From Heteronotia binoei (taxonomy: Eukaryota), in NCBI RefSeq assembly GCF_032191835.1, contig NC_083229.1, forward strand, positions 122,450,001-122,514,000: a stretch of DNA of 64,000 bases, in the 5' to 3' direction. The notes under the pieces are model-generated. The model had not been told where the DNA came from, did not search any database, and saw only the letters and a program-made list of their open reading frames with translations. The position numbers and the translations under genes are program-made. Positions 11,675 to 24,629 of the stretch are shown piece by piece; the first letter of the stretch is position 1, and the number at the start of each line of letters is the position of its first letter.

Positions 11675-12468
11675 CAGGGGTCCCCAACCCCTGGGTCGGG
11701 GACCACTACCGGGCCACGGCCTGTCTGCAAGTGGGCTGCGAAGCCTGGTGGTCCCCCCACCACTACCACAGAGCTTAGCTTCATCAGCCCCCTGCCACTG
11801 CTCTCCCTTTCTCCCTGGTGCTGCAATGCAGCACAGTGCTCCATCGTTTTCCCTCCCTTCCTCCGATTGCACCGAGCCGCACTGAAACTGGGCCTTACCA
11901 GTTTTGATGGGGGCCAGCGTGCCATCTAACACATTGAAGTATGCACAAAAAAAAAATGCTTCTCCCCCCTTTTTCCTGGAATCGGAAGTGAGGGGGGAGA
12001 AGCATTCTCTTGCGTGTACTTCAAAGTGTTAGATGGCGTGCTGGCCCCATCGAAACTGGTAAGGCCAAGTTTTGACTCTGCTCTGCTTGATCTGAGGGAG
12101 GAGGTGGGGAGGGCAATGATGGAGTGCCACGCTGCATTGCAGCACCAGGGAGAGAGGGAAGGCTGCAGGAGGGGGGACCCAAGCTTCGTCGCACAGGGTG
12201 GGGGGCGACAGAGCTAAACTCCAGCGGGCCGTTTCTTCAGCGGGTTGCCCGCCACTGCAGAGGCACTGCGAGGGGCGGGCAGTAAGGCTGTGTGGCGCTG
12301 CTGTGTGGTGCTGTGAGGCTGCATGGCACTGGGGAGGGGCAGTGAGGCTGTGCAGCGCTACAGGGGATGGGGGGAAATTCAGTGCCCCCACCCAGCCGTC
12401 CCTGGGGCCACGGTGGGCGGGCCAGCCCTGGTGCCAGTCCACAGTATCAAGAAGGTTGAGGACCACTG
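11675..12468. mobile_element. hAT (Charlie-like) MITE with a long internal hairpin
   Basis: 15-bp TIRs matching 13/15, perfect TSD GGTTAGAG (11667-11674 and 12469-12476), and internal inverted arms at about 11800-11970 and 11993-12170. Confidence 0.9.
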
Positions 12469-12479
12469 GGTTAGAGTAT

Positions 12480-12720
12480 GTAGACAAGGGTACATGTGAA
12501 GAAGCCCTTTCAGGAAACTCTTGCTGTCTTGGTGGGAAAACACCAAGCAATGTTATATCAGCAATGTTATATGCTGATATCACTGAGAGATAGACACGAA
12601 GAGAGGAGTGTGACATGCCAGCATCACATAAAGAGAAGGGGAACGAAAAGACCATCGAAAGGGGCGCTGAGATCCTCAGTGTCCCTATGTTTGCTGTAAA
12701 GGTGGGGAATTTCTTCCCGG
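12480..12720 (-). mobile_element. DIRS1-like tyrosine recombinase N-terminal (SAM-like) fragment
   Basis: AGMSHSSLRVYLSVISAY followed, after a frameshift, by VFSHQDSKSFLKGLLHMYP. Confidence 0.8.
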
Positions 12721-12724
12721 CTCA

Positions 12725-13036
12725 TTAAAGGTCAACCCGCCCCCTGCCAATCAGCTGATTGGTGGGGGAAACCACGGCAGCAGCACCAACGACCCGCTGA
12801 AAAAGCCGTGCTGCCCTTGCCTCCTCCCCACTTCCTTCCCACGCCCAGGAAGGGGGGAGGTCAGCCTTTAAAGAGCCGGGAAGGCGCTTCACCACCCCTT
12901 CCCCAGTCTTAAACTTGTGCAAATGGAGGGAGGAGGAGGTGCCATGGGGGGGGGCAGGGCTGCAAGGCTGCGTGACCTGGTTGGTAACAGGCCGTGGACC
13001 GCTACTGGTCCGTGACACCGGGGTTGGGGATCCCTG
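12725..13036 (-). mobile_element. Truncated hAT (Charlie-like) MITE
   Basis: Right end GGTTGGGGATCCCTG is the reverse complement of the family left end; shares AATCAGCTGATTGG with 3554 and 40499. Confidence 0.7.
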
Positions 13037-13599
13037 GTTTAGAGGGTGAATTGTTCAGAGGGTGAATTTCTCCCATTCACAAAGATTATTTTCAGTTCAT
13101 TCATTTCCCCTCCCTCTTTGTCATCTTTTTTACCATCCTCTCTCTATCTCTCTTTAAAAGAAATGGTACAAGTAATCTATACAAAGAAGAAAGAATAGTC
13201 CAAACTTTACAAACACTAAATCATAAGCATACAAAACAATACAAATCTTATGAATTAATTAAATTAAACCATGCACATCTTACAAATCTCACGAGGCATT
13301 TGGTTGAGGCAGCGGGCGTCACAATGTCCCATCGGCTGGCCCTATGGTGCGATATAGTCTCTGCTGAAATACTGATTTTATATTATCTGATGTTCAGTAT
13401 ATTATGATGTGCTCAACTGAGCTGCCAAATTGTATTGCCTGCTTTCATTGGTTTTAATTGCTGTTTTATGGTTTTAGAATGTTGTTATCCGCCCTGAGCC
13501 CATCTGGGAAAGGGTGGAATAGAAATTATTTAAAACAGATAAACAAACAAACCTTGAAGGCATGGCTAGATATCCTATGTGTTGAATCAAACACTGTTC

Positions 13600-13810
13600 C
13601 CCCTGTGGGAACAAGCTTACCCCATCAGACAAATGCTCCATGAAATTGTACATGGCGGCTACAAGCATAGCCAGCTTCAAGAAAGGATTGGATAAAAATA
13701 TGGAGCAGAGGTCCATCAGTGGCTATTAGCCACAGCATATTTTTCGAACTGTCTGGGGCAGTGATGCTCTGTATTCTTGGTGCTTGGGAGGGGTGGGCAA
13801 AGTGGAAGCC
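13600..13810 (+). mobile_element. CR1 LINE 3' fragment
   Basis: Matches the CR1 tail at 49250-49430. Confidence 0.75.
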
Positions 13811-15039
13811 CCACTTGTGATACAGGGACTCTTAACGGGCTAACTTTGTAAAGTCTGAAGCTTTTCTTTGTTTCCTCCTTTACCTTTCAGATCGCTATAG
13901 TTTCTACAACATCCCCCATTTCCGGCTGCAGCTCCACCTTGGGGAGGAGACGGGGAGAGCAGGGCGGGAAAGCAATAGTGACGGCAGGAAGACCGGCGCG
14001 AGGAGAGTAACGGCAACAGTGGCGGCATGAAGAGCGAGGCAGGGAGAGCATCGGCGGCAGCAGGAAGAGAGGGGCGAGGAGAGCAACGGCAGCCACAGGA
14101 AGAACAGGGTGAGGAGAGCGAGGCGAGAGAGCAATGGCAGTTTCATGGAGAACAGGGTGAGAGAGAGCGAGGCAGGCAGAGCAACGGCAGCGGCAGGGAG
14201 AGCGGGGCGGGGACCTGGCAAATGGGAAATGCTGAATTAGGATATACCATATCGGCCAGCACTCCCGAAGGACCCTCGAAGCCAGCTGTGGGGGTCTCAG
14301 AATTGGATAGGGGCAGGTTTACTTCACCCAGCCTCCTATCATTGGTGGTGTTTAGGGCACCTTCTTTCTCTTTGAGCGGGCAGCCCTCCTTTCACATCCA
14401 CCATCCTTCCTCCCTGACCCCTCAGCGTGACTTCCTTTTGTTCCCCTGGGAGCCCCCATCCCTTCCCTCCTGCCCTCTCTCCAAGCTGGCCCCACCCCTC
14501 TTCATAAACCCCGATGCTGAGCCCAGGCATCCTGGGGCGAGGCCTTCCTCCAGCTCACATGCCAGCCATCTGGCGGGCTGGGTTGTGGGGAGTGGCGGCT
14601 GGTGCCGCCCTGCTCAGGCCAGACCTCGCAGGCTCGTTGCCAGCTGGCCCCGGCTCCTCCCTGTGGGCTGGTTGGTTCCTTCCATGTTGGGAGGCCTCGG
14701 GGTCTGGCATGGCCGACGCCTGATCCTCCAGGCTCCTCAGGCCGCGATGAGGTAAGTGGGGGTGTTGCAGGCATCCCCGGTGCCTGCCAGGAGGGTCTTT
14801 CGCTGGCGGGGCTTGTCTGGGTGGTCGGCCGACGCGGGTGTGATGGCAGCTGGGGGGGGGGGCCATGGGGTGCCGCCCCCCCACAACCAAATTTTGAGGC
14901 AGGACAGTGCCCATCTAAGAAGGGCACCCTGTGGCGGCCTTCACAACAAAGAGCTGTACAGTCCCACTGCCCATCCAGCCTGCCACATATCCCCAAACAG
15001 GGATGCAGCACGGGTGCTGACCATTTATTAATAGCCCTC

Positions 15040-15311
15040 AACTCACTCCTGCCACTGCCAATTAATTTGTTAAAGCCGTCTTCTATAAATGCCAATTGAC
15101 CCTCACTGGGGGCATATAAAGTGACTATTGTGATTTGCTTGTCATCGAGACGGCCTGAGAGAAATAGGTACCTTCCTTTTGGATCTAATTGCATAGATTC
15201 CTGTTTGAAAACAAATTTGTTTGATATTAGTATTTCTGTCCCCCTTGATTTGGAGTACAATGCCGCAGCATGATATCGATACAGAAATTCGGCCACTTTA
15301 AACACTCTCAT
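15040..15311 (-). mobile_element. L1 ORF2 endonuclease fragment
   Basis: KSRGTEILISNK...DPKGRYLFLSGRLDDKQITIVTLYAP. Confidence 0.85.
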
Positions 15312-15459
15312 TGCATTCTTTTTTAAAATGAGTCTTTTGAATACATATAATGTCTGGATGGATTTTTAACATCATTCAGTACTTTTTTTTTAAAAGAAAA
15401 CTCTCACTGTGGGGTTTCCAGAGCAATGGTTTGGGATACATTACCCAAACATTACCCAT

Positions 15460-15830
15460 TTGTTACCCTTTCTCCACATTTGGCTACTTGACAGTTTCTA
15501 CCTTCTTATTTTTCCCACATAACCATTCATAAAACAGATTCCATTTACCTTCTATTTGTTTACTTTCCTTTTCTTTTAACATATCAGACAAGGTATCCAT
15601 TAGTACTATATCAAGGATCATTACTAACAAGTCATCCAATGTTGGTAGATCTCTTTTTTTCCAGTGTCTTGCTAGCAATATTCTTGCAGCCGTTATTACA
15701 TTCAGAGTTATACGCTCTACCTGTTTCCCCAACTTATCAGGTGCCAAATTTAGTAAAAATAATTCTGGTTTGAAAGGAACGATTACATTACATATCTTTT
15801 GAAGTAAATCATGTACCTTAATTCAAAATT
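15460..15830 (-). mobile_element. L1 ORF2 C-terminal fragment
   Basis: VITAARILLARHWKK...KWNLFYEWL. Confidence 0.8.
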
Positions 15831-15879
15831 CTTTTACACTCTTACAAGACCACCACAAATGATAATATGTACCTACACA

Positions 15880-16115
15880 TTTGTTACATTTCCAACATAA
15901 ATCTGAGAGATGGATTTTTAGCATCATTCAGTAATTTTTTAAAAGAAAACTCTCACTGTGGGGTTTCCGGAGCAATGGTGTGGAATACATTAAAATCTGT
16001 ATTAAGAGGATATTGTATCTCTCACACAGCATATTGTAGGAAACAAAAAGACCTTTTAAGGGCTGATTTGATATCTAAAATAAAGGAACTAGGGTTAACT
16101 CATAAGAAAACTAAC
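15880..16115 (+). mobile_element. L1 ORF2 linker fragment (opposite strand)
   Basis: FLKEN...VWNTLKSVLRGYCIS (the post-endonuclease W-x-x-x-K-x-x-x-R-G motif). Confidence 0.75.
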
Positions 16116-16646
16116 AACTGTATATGGATCAAATCACCCAAATATTTGAAACACCCAGTGCACAGGATAAACTGCTGTGCTCTCTGTTCTGCAGTCTCAA
16201 TGATTAAGAATGGAAAGAGTAAACCCTGTACAAGTACAGAATCTCTGTAAGAACAGCAGTGTCTGAGCCAGGATCTGTTGAGGAGAAAAGGAAAGTTGCA
16301 TGTGGTCAGCACGCCTGGCTGCAAACATCAATGCAACCACTGAACAGGAGGGGCGTAGGGTGGATGTCTGTGACTGGGGGTGCTCCTGAAAGAAACCATG
16401 AATTAGAATCCACTACTACTTACTGTGATTTTCCAGACTGCCCTTAGACTGGGATCTATAAAGAATTTTTTCTCTTATAGAAGCAATCCAGTCTTATAAA
16501 CCAGCCTGGGCAGAATCTGTTTTCCTTGTGTTAGAAAACCACCGAGAGGTGTACCCCATCAGTTCATTATAGGTCTCCATGCTCCGCCCATATAGCCAGA
16601 TGTGGCAGGTAAATGCCATACCTTCACAGGGCCCTAACAACTGATT

Positions 16647-16913
16647 TCTCGGTGGAGGGCAACAGGGCATTTTTGGATGACATCCAGCCAGGGGCTTTAG
16701 TGGCTGGTGGGCGCAAGTGCCTAAGCTGAGGTTTGGCATTGGCAGTGGTAGGAGCTGGGATCAGTTTTATCTTTCCCTGGTTTAGTCAATGTTACAGGAG
16801 AGTCCAAAAATTATGCTCTTGTTTACGCTCAGGAAGAAGTCCTTTTTGCATCAAATAAAATTTAATTTGTATGGGATTTGGGTGTTTTGTTTGGTATCAG
16901 TTTTTGGAATATT
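16647..16913 (+). repeat. Arm 1 of a ~270-bp inverted repeat pair
   Basis: Reverse complement of 26664-26942 with few mismatches and one ~12-bp indel. Confidence 0.9.
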
Positions 16914-16936
16914 GTAGGGAAAGTTTCAATATTTGA

Positions 16937-17090
16937 TCAGTACTTGATCCCTGCCAGATCCCAAGCGGACTGCCAAACCCTGTGGGAGAGAATGGCAGAC
17001 CATATAATAAGCACTCCTGGCCACCTGCCCCAAATGACCCGGAGATCTTCAATAGCCTGCAAAGAAAGGGCCTTCCCCTTCATTGTTGGG
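16937..17090 (-). mobile_element. Probable SGNH-hydrolase fragment of an Ngaro-type retrotransposon
   Basis: KGKALSLQAIEDLRVIWGRWPGVLIIWSAILSHRVWQSAWD resembles the hydrolase ORF of vertebrate Ngaro elements (recognised from memory, not searched). Confidence 0.55.
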
Positions 17091-19974
17091 TTTTTTTTTT
17101 TTTTCATTTTAAAACTTAGACTTAAAATGCAGCAGATAAACCTTATGGATGGAACTACATATCGATACATTCAATCAGTAACAATAATAGAATAATGAAT
17201 AACCACAGCTTATGAGGATAACATAGCTTTACATAGTCGACTCTGTTTGCACGCAGTAATCAATATCCGTACACTTGCCAAAATAAAATAAAGAAATTAG
17301 TAAATTAAGCGAACAGCATCAAGAAAATTTGCGTATTTCTCATACGGGGCTAAACATTCAAGAAATGGAAATAAAATTGTTTCCAATTTAAATTTACAAT
17401 CTGCTGAGTCTGTATTTTGATTTGTGTATGATAATTTGTTCATTATACAAAAATCCTGAATTATAGAGAACTGGTTTGATATTGTCAGTTGTTTATTTGA
17501 TTTTCAGGCAGAGGCTATAAGAATTCTGGCAGCTGCGCAGAAGTAATTTGAGGTGTGTTTTTTTTTTCCAATTTGAAAGGACATAAAAGTCCATAGGTTT
17601 AGAAGAAAGAGTTCTGGTTGTAGTGGGATATTGATGTTGATTATTTGTATTATAAAAAGCCGTATTGTAGACCAGAAATTAAGAATTTGGGGACAGGTCC
17701 ACCAGCAGTGAAAGTACGTGCCTTGCATATTGCAACCTTTCCAACGGTTAGGTGATGTTATATATTGCATATGGTAAGATTGATTGGGAGTGAGGTACCA
17801 TCTTGCAATGGTTTTAAAAAACTGGATTCTCAGTTTAATGTTGGAAGACTTAACGTTTTTGGAACACCATAATTTTTGCCAGTGGTGTTGTGTTATGGTG
17901 ATGTTTAAATCTTTGGACCAGTTTTCGGTGTGTTTTGGCATGTTAGTATCTAAAAAATGTAATAAACTTCCATAAATGATTGAAATAGTATTTCTACTCG
18001 GGGAATTAAAATGTTTTTAAAGAAATGATGCAAATAATGTTAATGGCTGGGAAGTCTGTTTTTAGTGGGAGGAGATGTCAGTAAATGTTTTAGCTGTAAA
18101 TATTGGTACCAAGGGACTTTGAATTTACCTTTCCTCTCTAGTGTGGATTTATCGTATAATTTGTCATGCTTAGAGATATCAGTTATTCTGTAAATATTAT
18201 TTTGGTACCATTTACTATATGCTACATTATTTAGTGCCGACTGGAACCAATGCTGGTCTAGGAAAGGAGATAACAGAGATATTCCTGGTGCCAACTTATT
18301 TTTGTATCTGTCCCATATTTTTAGGGTATTAGATAAAAGGGGTTATGTGAGCTACGTTTGAGACGTTGTTTTGTGAGTTCCATAATAAATTTCCAACAGG
18401 TTGAGCAAATGAAAGTCCTTCTATTTGTACCCAGTCTGGTGATGTTGGTTTTATATTCATTAGTTTTACTAGGGAGGCTACATGCGTTGCATCATGATAT
18501 AAAGTTATATCAGGGAACCCATAGCTTCCTTCTTGTGAGGTTTTACGAAGCTTCCAATAGTTGATCCTTGAGCATTTAGAGTTCCAAAAAAAGTTTAGGA
18601 ACATTCTCTGGCTTTGAATTAGCTTTCCTAGGAATTTTGAATGGTAATGGTCTAAATAAAAACATGATTTTAGGCAAGATAAAAGTCCAAACAAGGTCAA
18701 CTTTTTCATGCCAGGCCATGTTAAATTTTTTCCAAGCTTTGAGTCTTGATTGGATAGATTCTTGAATGGGTGCCCAGTTAATTAAGTTTAGTTCATCAAG
18801 TTGAAGGGGAATTTGAAGACCTAGGTACCTCCAGTTTTTTGTAATCCATTTATAGTTAGAAATGTTTAGCTATGTCTGATTGTGACAGTTCATTGAGAAA
18901 CATGGGGTATAATTCTCTTTTTATTATTTAAGTGAAATCCTGAGATCTGGCTAAAAGAATTTATTGAAGAGTTTAGCTGGTAAAGGGATGGCATAGGATT
19001 TGTAAGGTATAGAACTACGTCATCTGCAAACATTGAGAGTTTGTAAGTGGTGTTTGCTATTTTAACACCCAATATGTCGGGGTGAGAACGGATGATAAGA
19101 GCTAAAGGTTCAATGGCAAGATTAAAAAGAACAGATGATAGGGCACACCCTTGATGGGTGCCCCTAGTAGGAAAGAAAAACTCGGAATAGGAACCATTTA
19201 CTCTTAGTTCGGCTCTTGGAGCGTGGTAAATTGACTTGATCGCTATTATGACCTTCTCCAGGTCTAGTGAAAGTAAAATTGATTCTATTCCATGTGTTTG
19301 GCAATGATTAATGCTATTTAAAGTTTTTCTTATGTTATCTGTTATGTTTCTTGTTGGTATAAAACCGCTTGGTCACTATGGATATATTGAGAAATGAAGT
19401 CTTGATATAAGAATACCTGAAAAAAATCTGAAGTCTTGGTTCAAAAGACTAATTGGTCTATAAGATTTCATGTCTGCAGGGTCATGCCCAGGTTTTGGGA
19501 TGGCAATTCTTATTGATTCGGACCATGAAGTTGGGAGGGTCCCTTTGTTTAGCATATCATTACAGATTCACATAAGGTGTTTGGGAAAAAATTGGGGGTA
19601 CGCCTTGTAGAATTCATTAGAAAGGCCATCAGATCCTGGTGATTTGCCATTTTTGAGACTTTTTATTGTATCTAAAAAGTTTTTTCACTAATAGATGTAT
19701 CCAGTAGTTTTCTGTGTTTTTACTCAGTTTCGGGAGATCCTTTTTTAAAAAAAAATTGAAAAGCTTTATTAATATAAGGTTCAAGGTACAGAGATGGTAG
19801 TACATCAATAGGTGCGTACCAGGTACCAATATAAAATGAGGAAGTGGATACATACAGGATTGACCAATGAAAAACAAGTTACAACATTAGTTGGCATGAC
19901 ATCAATATAGCATGGTATGAGTCATTAGGGCTTCCGCTGTCCTTTGAGACTTTACTAATGAAGGGACGCCATTT

Positions 19975-22900
19975 TCACATAAAACTCAAGGAAGCAGTTT
20001 GGGAAGAACAATGGGGATCTAAATCATAAGTAAGCTTATCTAAGACAAAATAATCCCACAGTTTCAGCCACCAGGCCTGCCTCGAGGGAGGAGACTGTTG
20101 CGTCCAGACCAAAGGTATTGCAAATTTAGCTGCCACGAACATATGCGAGATTAATTCCTCCGCATGCTCAGGAATATGTGAGGCATCTACTAGATTTAAG
20201 AGAGCGTACTCCGGTGTGAATGGTGGGGAGTGTGTGAGGTGAGGGCATGCACTTCTTGGTAAATTAGCCTCCAAAAGCTGTTTATGACAGGGCAGAGCCA
20301 CCAGGAGTGAAGAAATGTGCCTCTTTGACCACAGTTCTTAAAACAGAGGGGTGAGATAGAGGATGAGTGCGATAGTTGTACCGGGGTTTTATACCAACGT
20401 GTGAGAACTTTAAGGGCTTGAAGTTGCACATTCATTGCCTTCGTTTTATATATGGAAGAGCTCCAAATAGCCTGCCACTGCTCCTTGGTTAGCTCGGTGC
20501 CCAGGTCTCGATGCCAGGCCCCCTGATAAAAGTGCGGTTTTGTGTCAATGGAGTGAAGTAGTAGCTTATAAATGTTCAATATCAGACCTTTGATAGGGGT
20601 TGAGTCGCTAAATATTTTTTTTTCAAATTCGCCAAGGTGAATCTGTAGGGGAGGGTTAAAGGGATGAGTGTCTAGCAAATGCCCGAGCTGTAGGTATTCA
20701 AACCAGGGAAGTCTAATTCCAGAATTTGCTTCTAAGACCACTTTATCTTTCAGTACCCCCTTAGAGAGGACATCAACAAAGTGAGTCAGCCGCAGTTGTC
20801 TCCATTTTATGAAGGAATTTTTGTATAAGCCTGGAATGAACCAAGGTTGGCCGACAAATATGGTTAAGGGGGAGGTTGGAGGGGCTATCATGTTGGAGTG
20901 TTTGCGCCAGACTTGTAATAAAGAAGCTAGAAAAGGGTTTGAAGAAAGAGAGGATTTAGCGCATCTGGAGACACGCCAGAGCTCCTCCTGAAAAGAGGGG
21001 GTCGTGAGATAAGAATTTTCAATCAGCTTCCAGTCTGCCACATAGGAGGGCCTATAATATTTTATCAGGGTAGAGAGAATGATAGCATCATGATATCTGG
21101 AGATGTCGGGGACCGCTAAACCGCCCATTGAAGTAGGTCGCCTGCAGGATGCAAAGTTAAGCCTTGGTTTCTGATGCTGCCAAACAAATCCATTCACTTG
21201 AGTTTGCCATTTAAGTAGTAGGGGGGCCGGGATACACAAAGGGACAGTGCATACGTAGAACATTATCTTGGGCAGAATTAAAGATTTGACTAAGTAAATT
21301 CGTTCCAAAAGGGTGAAGAATTTTTTGCCAGAGTAGGTCAAAAGGGAGTTGATAGAGTTAGAGATTTCTATTCGGTTAACAGATAGAAGGGTATCAAAGT
21401 CCAGAGGGATGTGGATTCCGAGATGTTTCCAAGATTTTATGACCCATTTGTATCTGTAGTGCTTTCTGATGAAAGTGGTGGAAGCGGGAGATAAAGAGAT
21501 GGGATGTAGAAGAGATTTGTCAAAATTCATAGTGAGGCCTGAAGCTGCAGCAAAATCAGACAGGTGAGAGTGAGTTGCTGGGAGCGATGAGGAAGGGTTG
21601 GTGAGGTATAGAGTTATGTCTGCAAAGAGACTTAGCTTAAAAGCTTTGGACATTACAGGGACGCTGTGGATTCGACTGTCCTCCCTAATTTTGATGGCAA
21701 GGGGCTCTATAGCGAGAGCGAATAGGAGAGGTGAAAGAGGGCACCCTTGGCGAGTGCCCCTGGACAATTTGAAGATATCTGAGTTAAGATTATTAACCCG
21801 TAGCAGGGCTGAAGGGGAGAGATAAAAGGAGTCTATGAGATTACGAAATTTAGGACCAAAATTCATTCTTTCGAGTAGAGAGTGCAGATAAAGAGGCACG
21901 ACCGAATCAAAGGCCTTCTCTATGTCTATGGATAAAATACAAGCATCCTGGATGGCCTTAGATTTGCAGTGGTGAATCAAGTTCAGCGTTTTTTGAGTGA
22001 CATCAGTTAGATCGCTACCAGGAATGAAGCCTGACTGGTCAGGAGCAATATCGTTTGCTATAAAGCTATTCAACCATTTAGTTAAGATACTAGCAAAGAG
22101 CTTGTAGTCGGTATTTAGGAGAGATATTGGTTGATAAGATCTGGGGTCTAATTCGTTCCTTTCCTTCTTGTGCAAAACAATAATCTTAGCAAGACTCCAC
22201 AATTGAGGGGTAGAACCAGTATCCAGGATATGGTTAAAAAGAGATAGTAAGTAGGGGGAAAGTGAAGGGCCATGGGCTTTGTAAAATTCAGAGGTAAAGC
22301 CATCGAGGCCTGGAGATTTATTTGTACGCAATGATTCAATAGCTTCAGCAAGTTCCAGTTCATCAATGGGATGGTCAAGATAGCCCCTGTGAGATTCTAA
22401 TATTGTGGGGAGGGAGTTGATAGATTGAAAGAAAGCAGAGATTGATTCTGAAGGAGGGTTTTTAGATTGGTATAGGGAGGAATAAAATTGCTTGAAGACT
22501 TTTAAAATAGATTTTGAGGAAGTGCACAAAGTGCCTTTGCAGTCTCTGAGACCTTTCACATTCAAATTAGTGGCTTGCTGTTTGGGCTTTCCATGCCAAG
22601 AGCCTTTGAAATTTAGGGCTTCTAAAGCAATATGCCTGTTCGGTGAATAGTAGATTGCGTTTAATTCTCTGTGTTTCCAAAGCTTCTAGCCTTTTTCTTT
22701 CTTCTTGTAAATGAAGGTGGACTTTTTTGCTGCACGTGTGTTTATGTTGAAGTTCAAGGTCTCTGATTGTAGCAGCCAGGGTGTTAATAAGATGCTGTCT
22801 TTTTTTTCTTTTGGGCAGCAGTTAATGCAATGATCTTGCCTCTTAGGACAGCTTTACATGCGTCCCAGATCATTTGAAGAGGGAGATCATCAGAGAGATT

Positions 22901-23740
22901 ATGTCTAAAAAATTCTTTAATTTCATGTTCAATTTGACTAGAGAATTCTTTATCTAGTAATAAATGATTATCTAGTCTCCATGAAAAGCTACGATCATAT
23001 TGTTCCGTTGTCCTCAGGGAGCAAAGAACTGGGACATGGTCGGACCATAGTTTTGGTTCGATAGATGCATCTATAAGAGCATTGCAGAGAGAGTTAGAAA
23101 TAAAGATGAAGTCAATGCGCGTGTAGGTTTGATGTTGTGATGAAAAGTAAGTATAATCCTGCTCGTTCTGGTGGAGGAATCTCCAGGAATCCGTAAGCCC
23201 CATGTCTAACATTATTTTTTGCAGGCCTGTAGGTGAGGAAAGCCGATTAGAAGGGGAGCGAGGAGGTAAGCGGCTTGATTTTCTATCTAGTCGAGTGTCC
23301 ATGAGGAAGTTAAAATCGGCACCAATAATTAAGCAGCCTTCCTGAAAAGCTTTTAATTTGGACATAACCTCGGAAATAAAGCCCAGTTGCCTCGAATTGG
23401 GTGCATAGATGGCGGCCAAGTTTATAGTTTCCTCATTAAGCCTGCCCTTAACAAATAGATATCTGCCACGATCATCTCTTTCCGAGGCCTGGCAGGAGAA
23501 TTGTAGTGAGCGCGAGAGTAAAATAGCGACTCCCCTAGCATGAGATGAGCCGGAGGCAGTGTAGGTCATGGGAAAGTAGGGGGAGTGAAACATGAGGTTG
23601 GTATCATTTCGCAGGTGTGTCTCCTGTAAGAAAACAATATCTAGAGACTGCTTTCTTAAGCTTGAAAGAATGCGTCTGGATTTAATTTTACTATTAAGTC
23701 CCCGGCAGTTCAACGAGAAAATTTTTAGGTCTGGAGCTAT
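19975..23740 (-). pseudogene. L1 ORF2p (APE endonuclease plus RT), disrupted
   Basis: SLNCRGLN, LQETH, YAPN, RIDFIF, SDHVP, KSPGLDG, RQGCPLSPLLF, LFAD-I. Broken into three ORFs (22784-23911, 20196-22565, 19975-20301), and the expected start reads ATA. Confidence 0.92.
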
Positions 23741-24629
23741 TGGGGTCTGAGTGAGCAAGTGATGTGGAAAGCCTCCCCTTGGGGATAGAAAGAAAGAAAG
23801 AAAGAAAGAAATAGTGGGGAAGTAAAAAGCAGAGGCTATAACAAAAAAGTATGGTGTAGAACCCCGTGTTATCACAACAAGGCATTGGGCGTAGGAATAA
23901 ATGTAAGGCAATGTAGAGGAGCACGCTTGTAGCAGCAGTATAATGAAGCATTAGGAGATGTGTAGATGCGGAGGCCGGACCCAAGTGCTGTGATGGCTTA
24001 TGCCAACTTATCGGACCATTCAAACAGGGGAATATCGGACCCAGGAGCAAAGGGCCCCATACCCCAAGAGACAAATCTATAAGGCAGAGAAGCAGAGATA
24101 AACTATCTTTAGGACAGCCCAACTGCATTGAGTCCATGTCTAACCATGAAAAACTAAGAGAGGAATAAGAGAATGTAACACGTGCCAGCAAGCAGTCTTG
24201 CAATGTCACTTGTTGGACAGCAGGTGGCATACCGAAATAGCAAGTTGAACAATAACTGGTGTAACTAGCAGCATGAAGAAAATAGTAACAATGGGTACAA
24301 TCCACTCCCTCCTTCTTCCCCCCTCCCCTCTTTACTGTTCCCCCTACGATCAAATTACAATGGCGGGCTACTTGCAAGGATACATGCGGGGGAACAGACC
24401 CATTCCCAAATAAGTTGAACAATATAACCAGTAATAAACAAACAGAGAAAACCCGTGGGTCCCAGGGAACTGCCCAGGACAGGGGACCTCGCACCCTCCC
24501 ACTACATATCCCCCCATTGCTGGGAGCTGGAGAGTTCAACCTCACATCACCCTCCCCCCTTGCCCTCCCTCCAATATTATAAAACATATAACACCTTCCT
24601 TCAGGAAAGGATGATAAAATGACACAGGT

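Noticed and set aside
16545-16670. Ribozyme-like fold near CTGATGGGGTACCCC...GGGCAACAGGG (also 26915-26960)
   Set aside because: Hammerhead core residues are mismatched (CTGATGG, GCAAC) and no HDV-type double pseudoknot could be built by eye.
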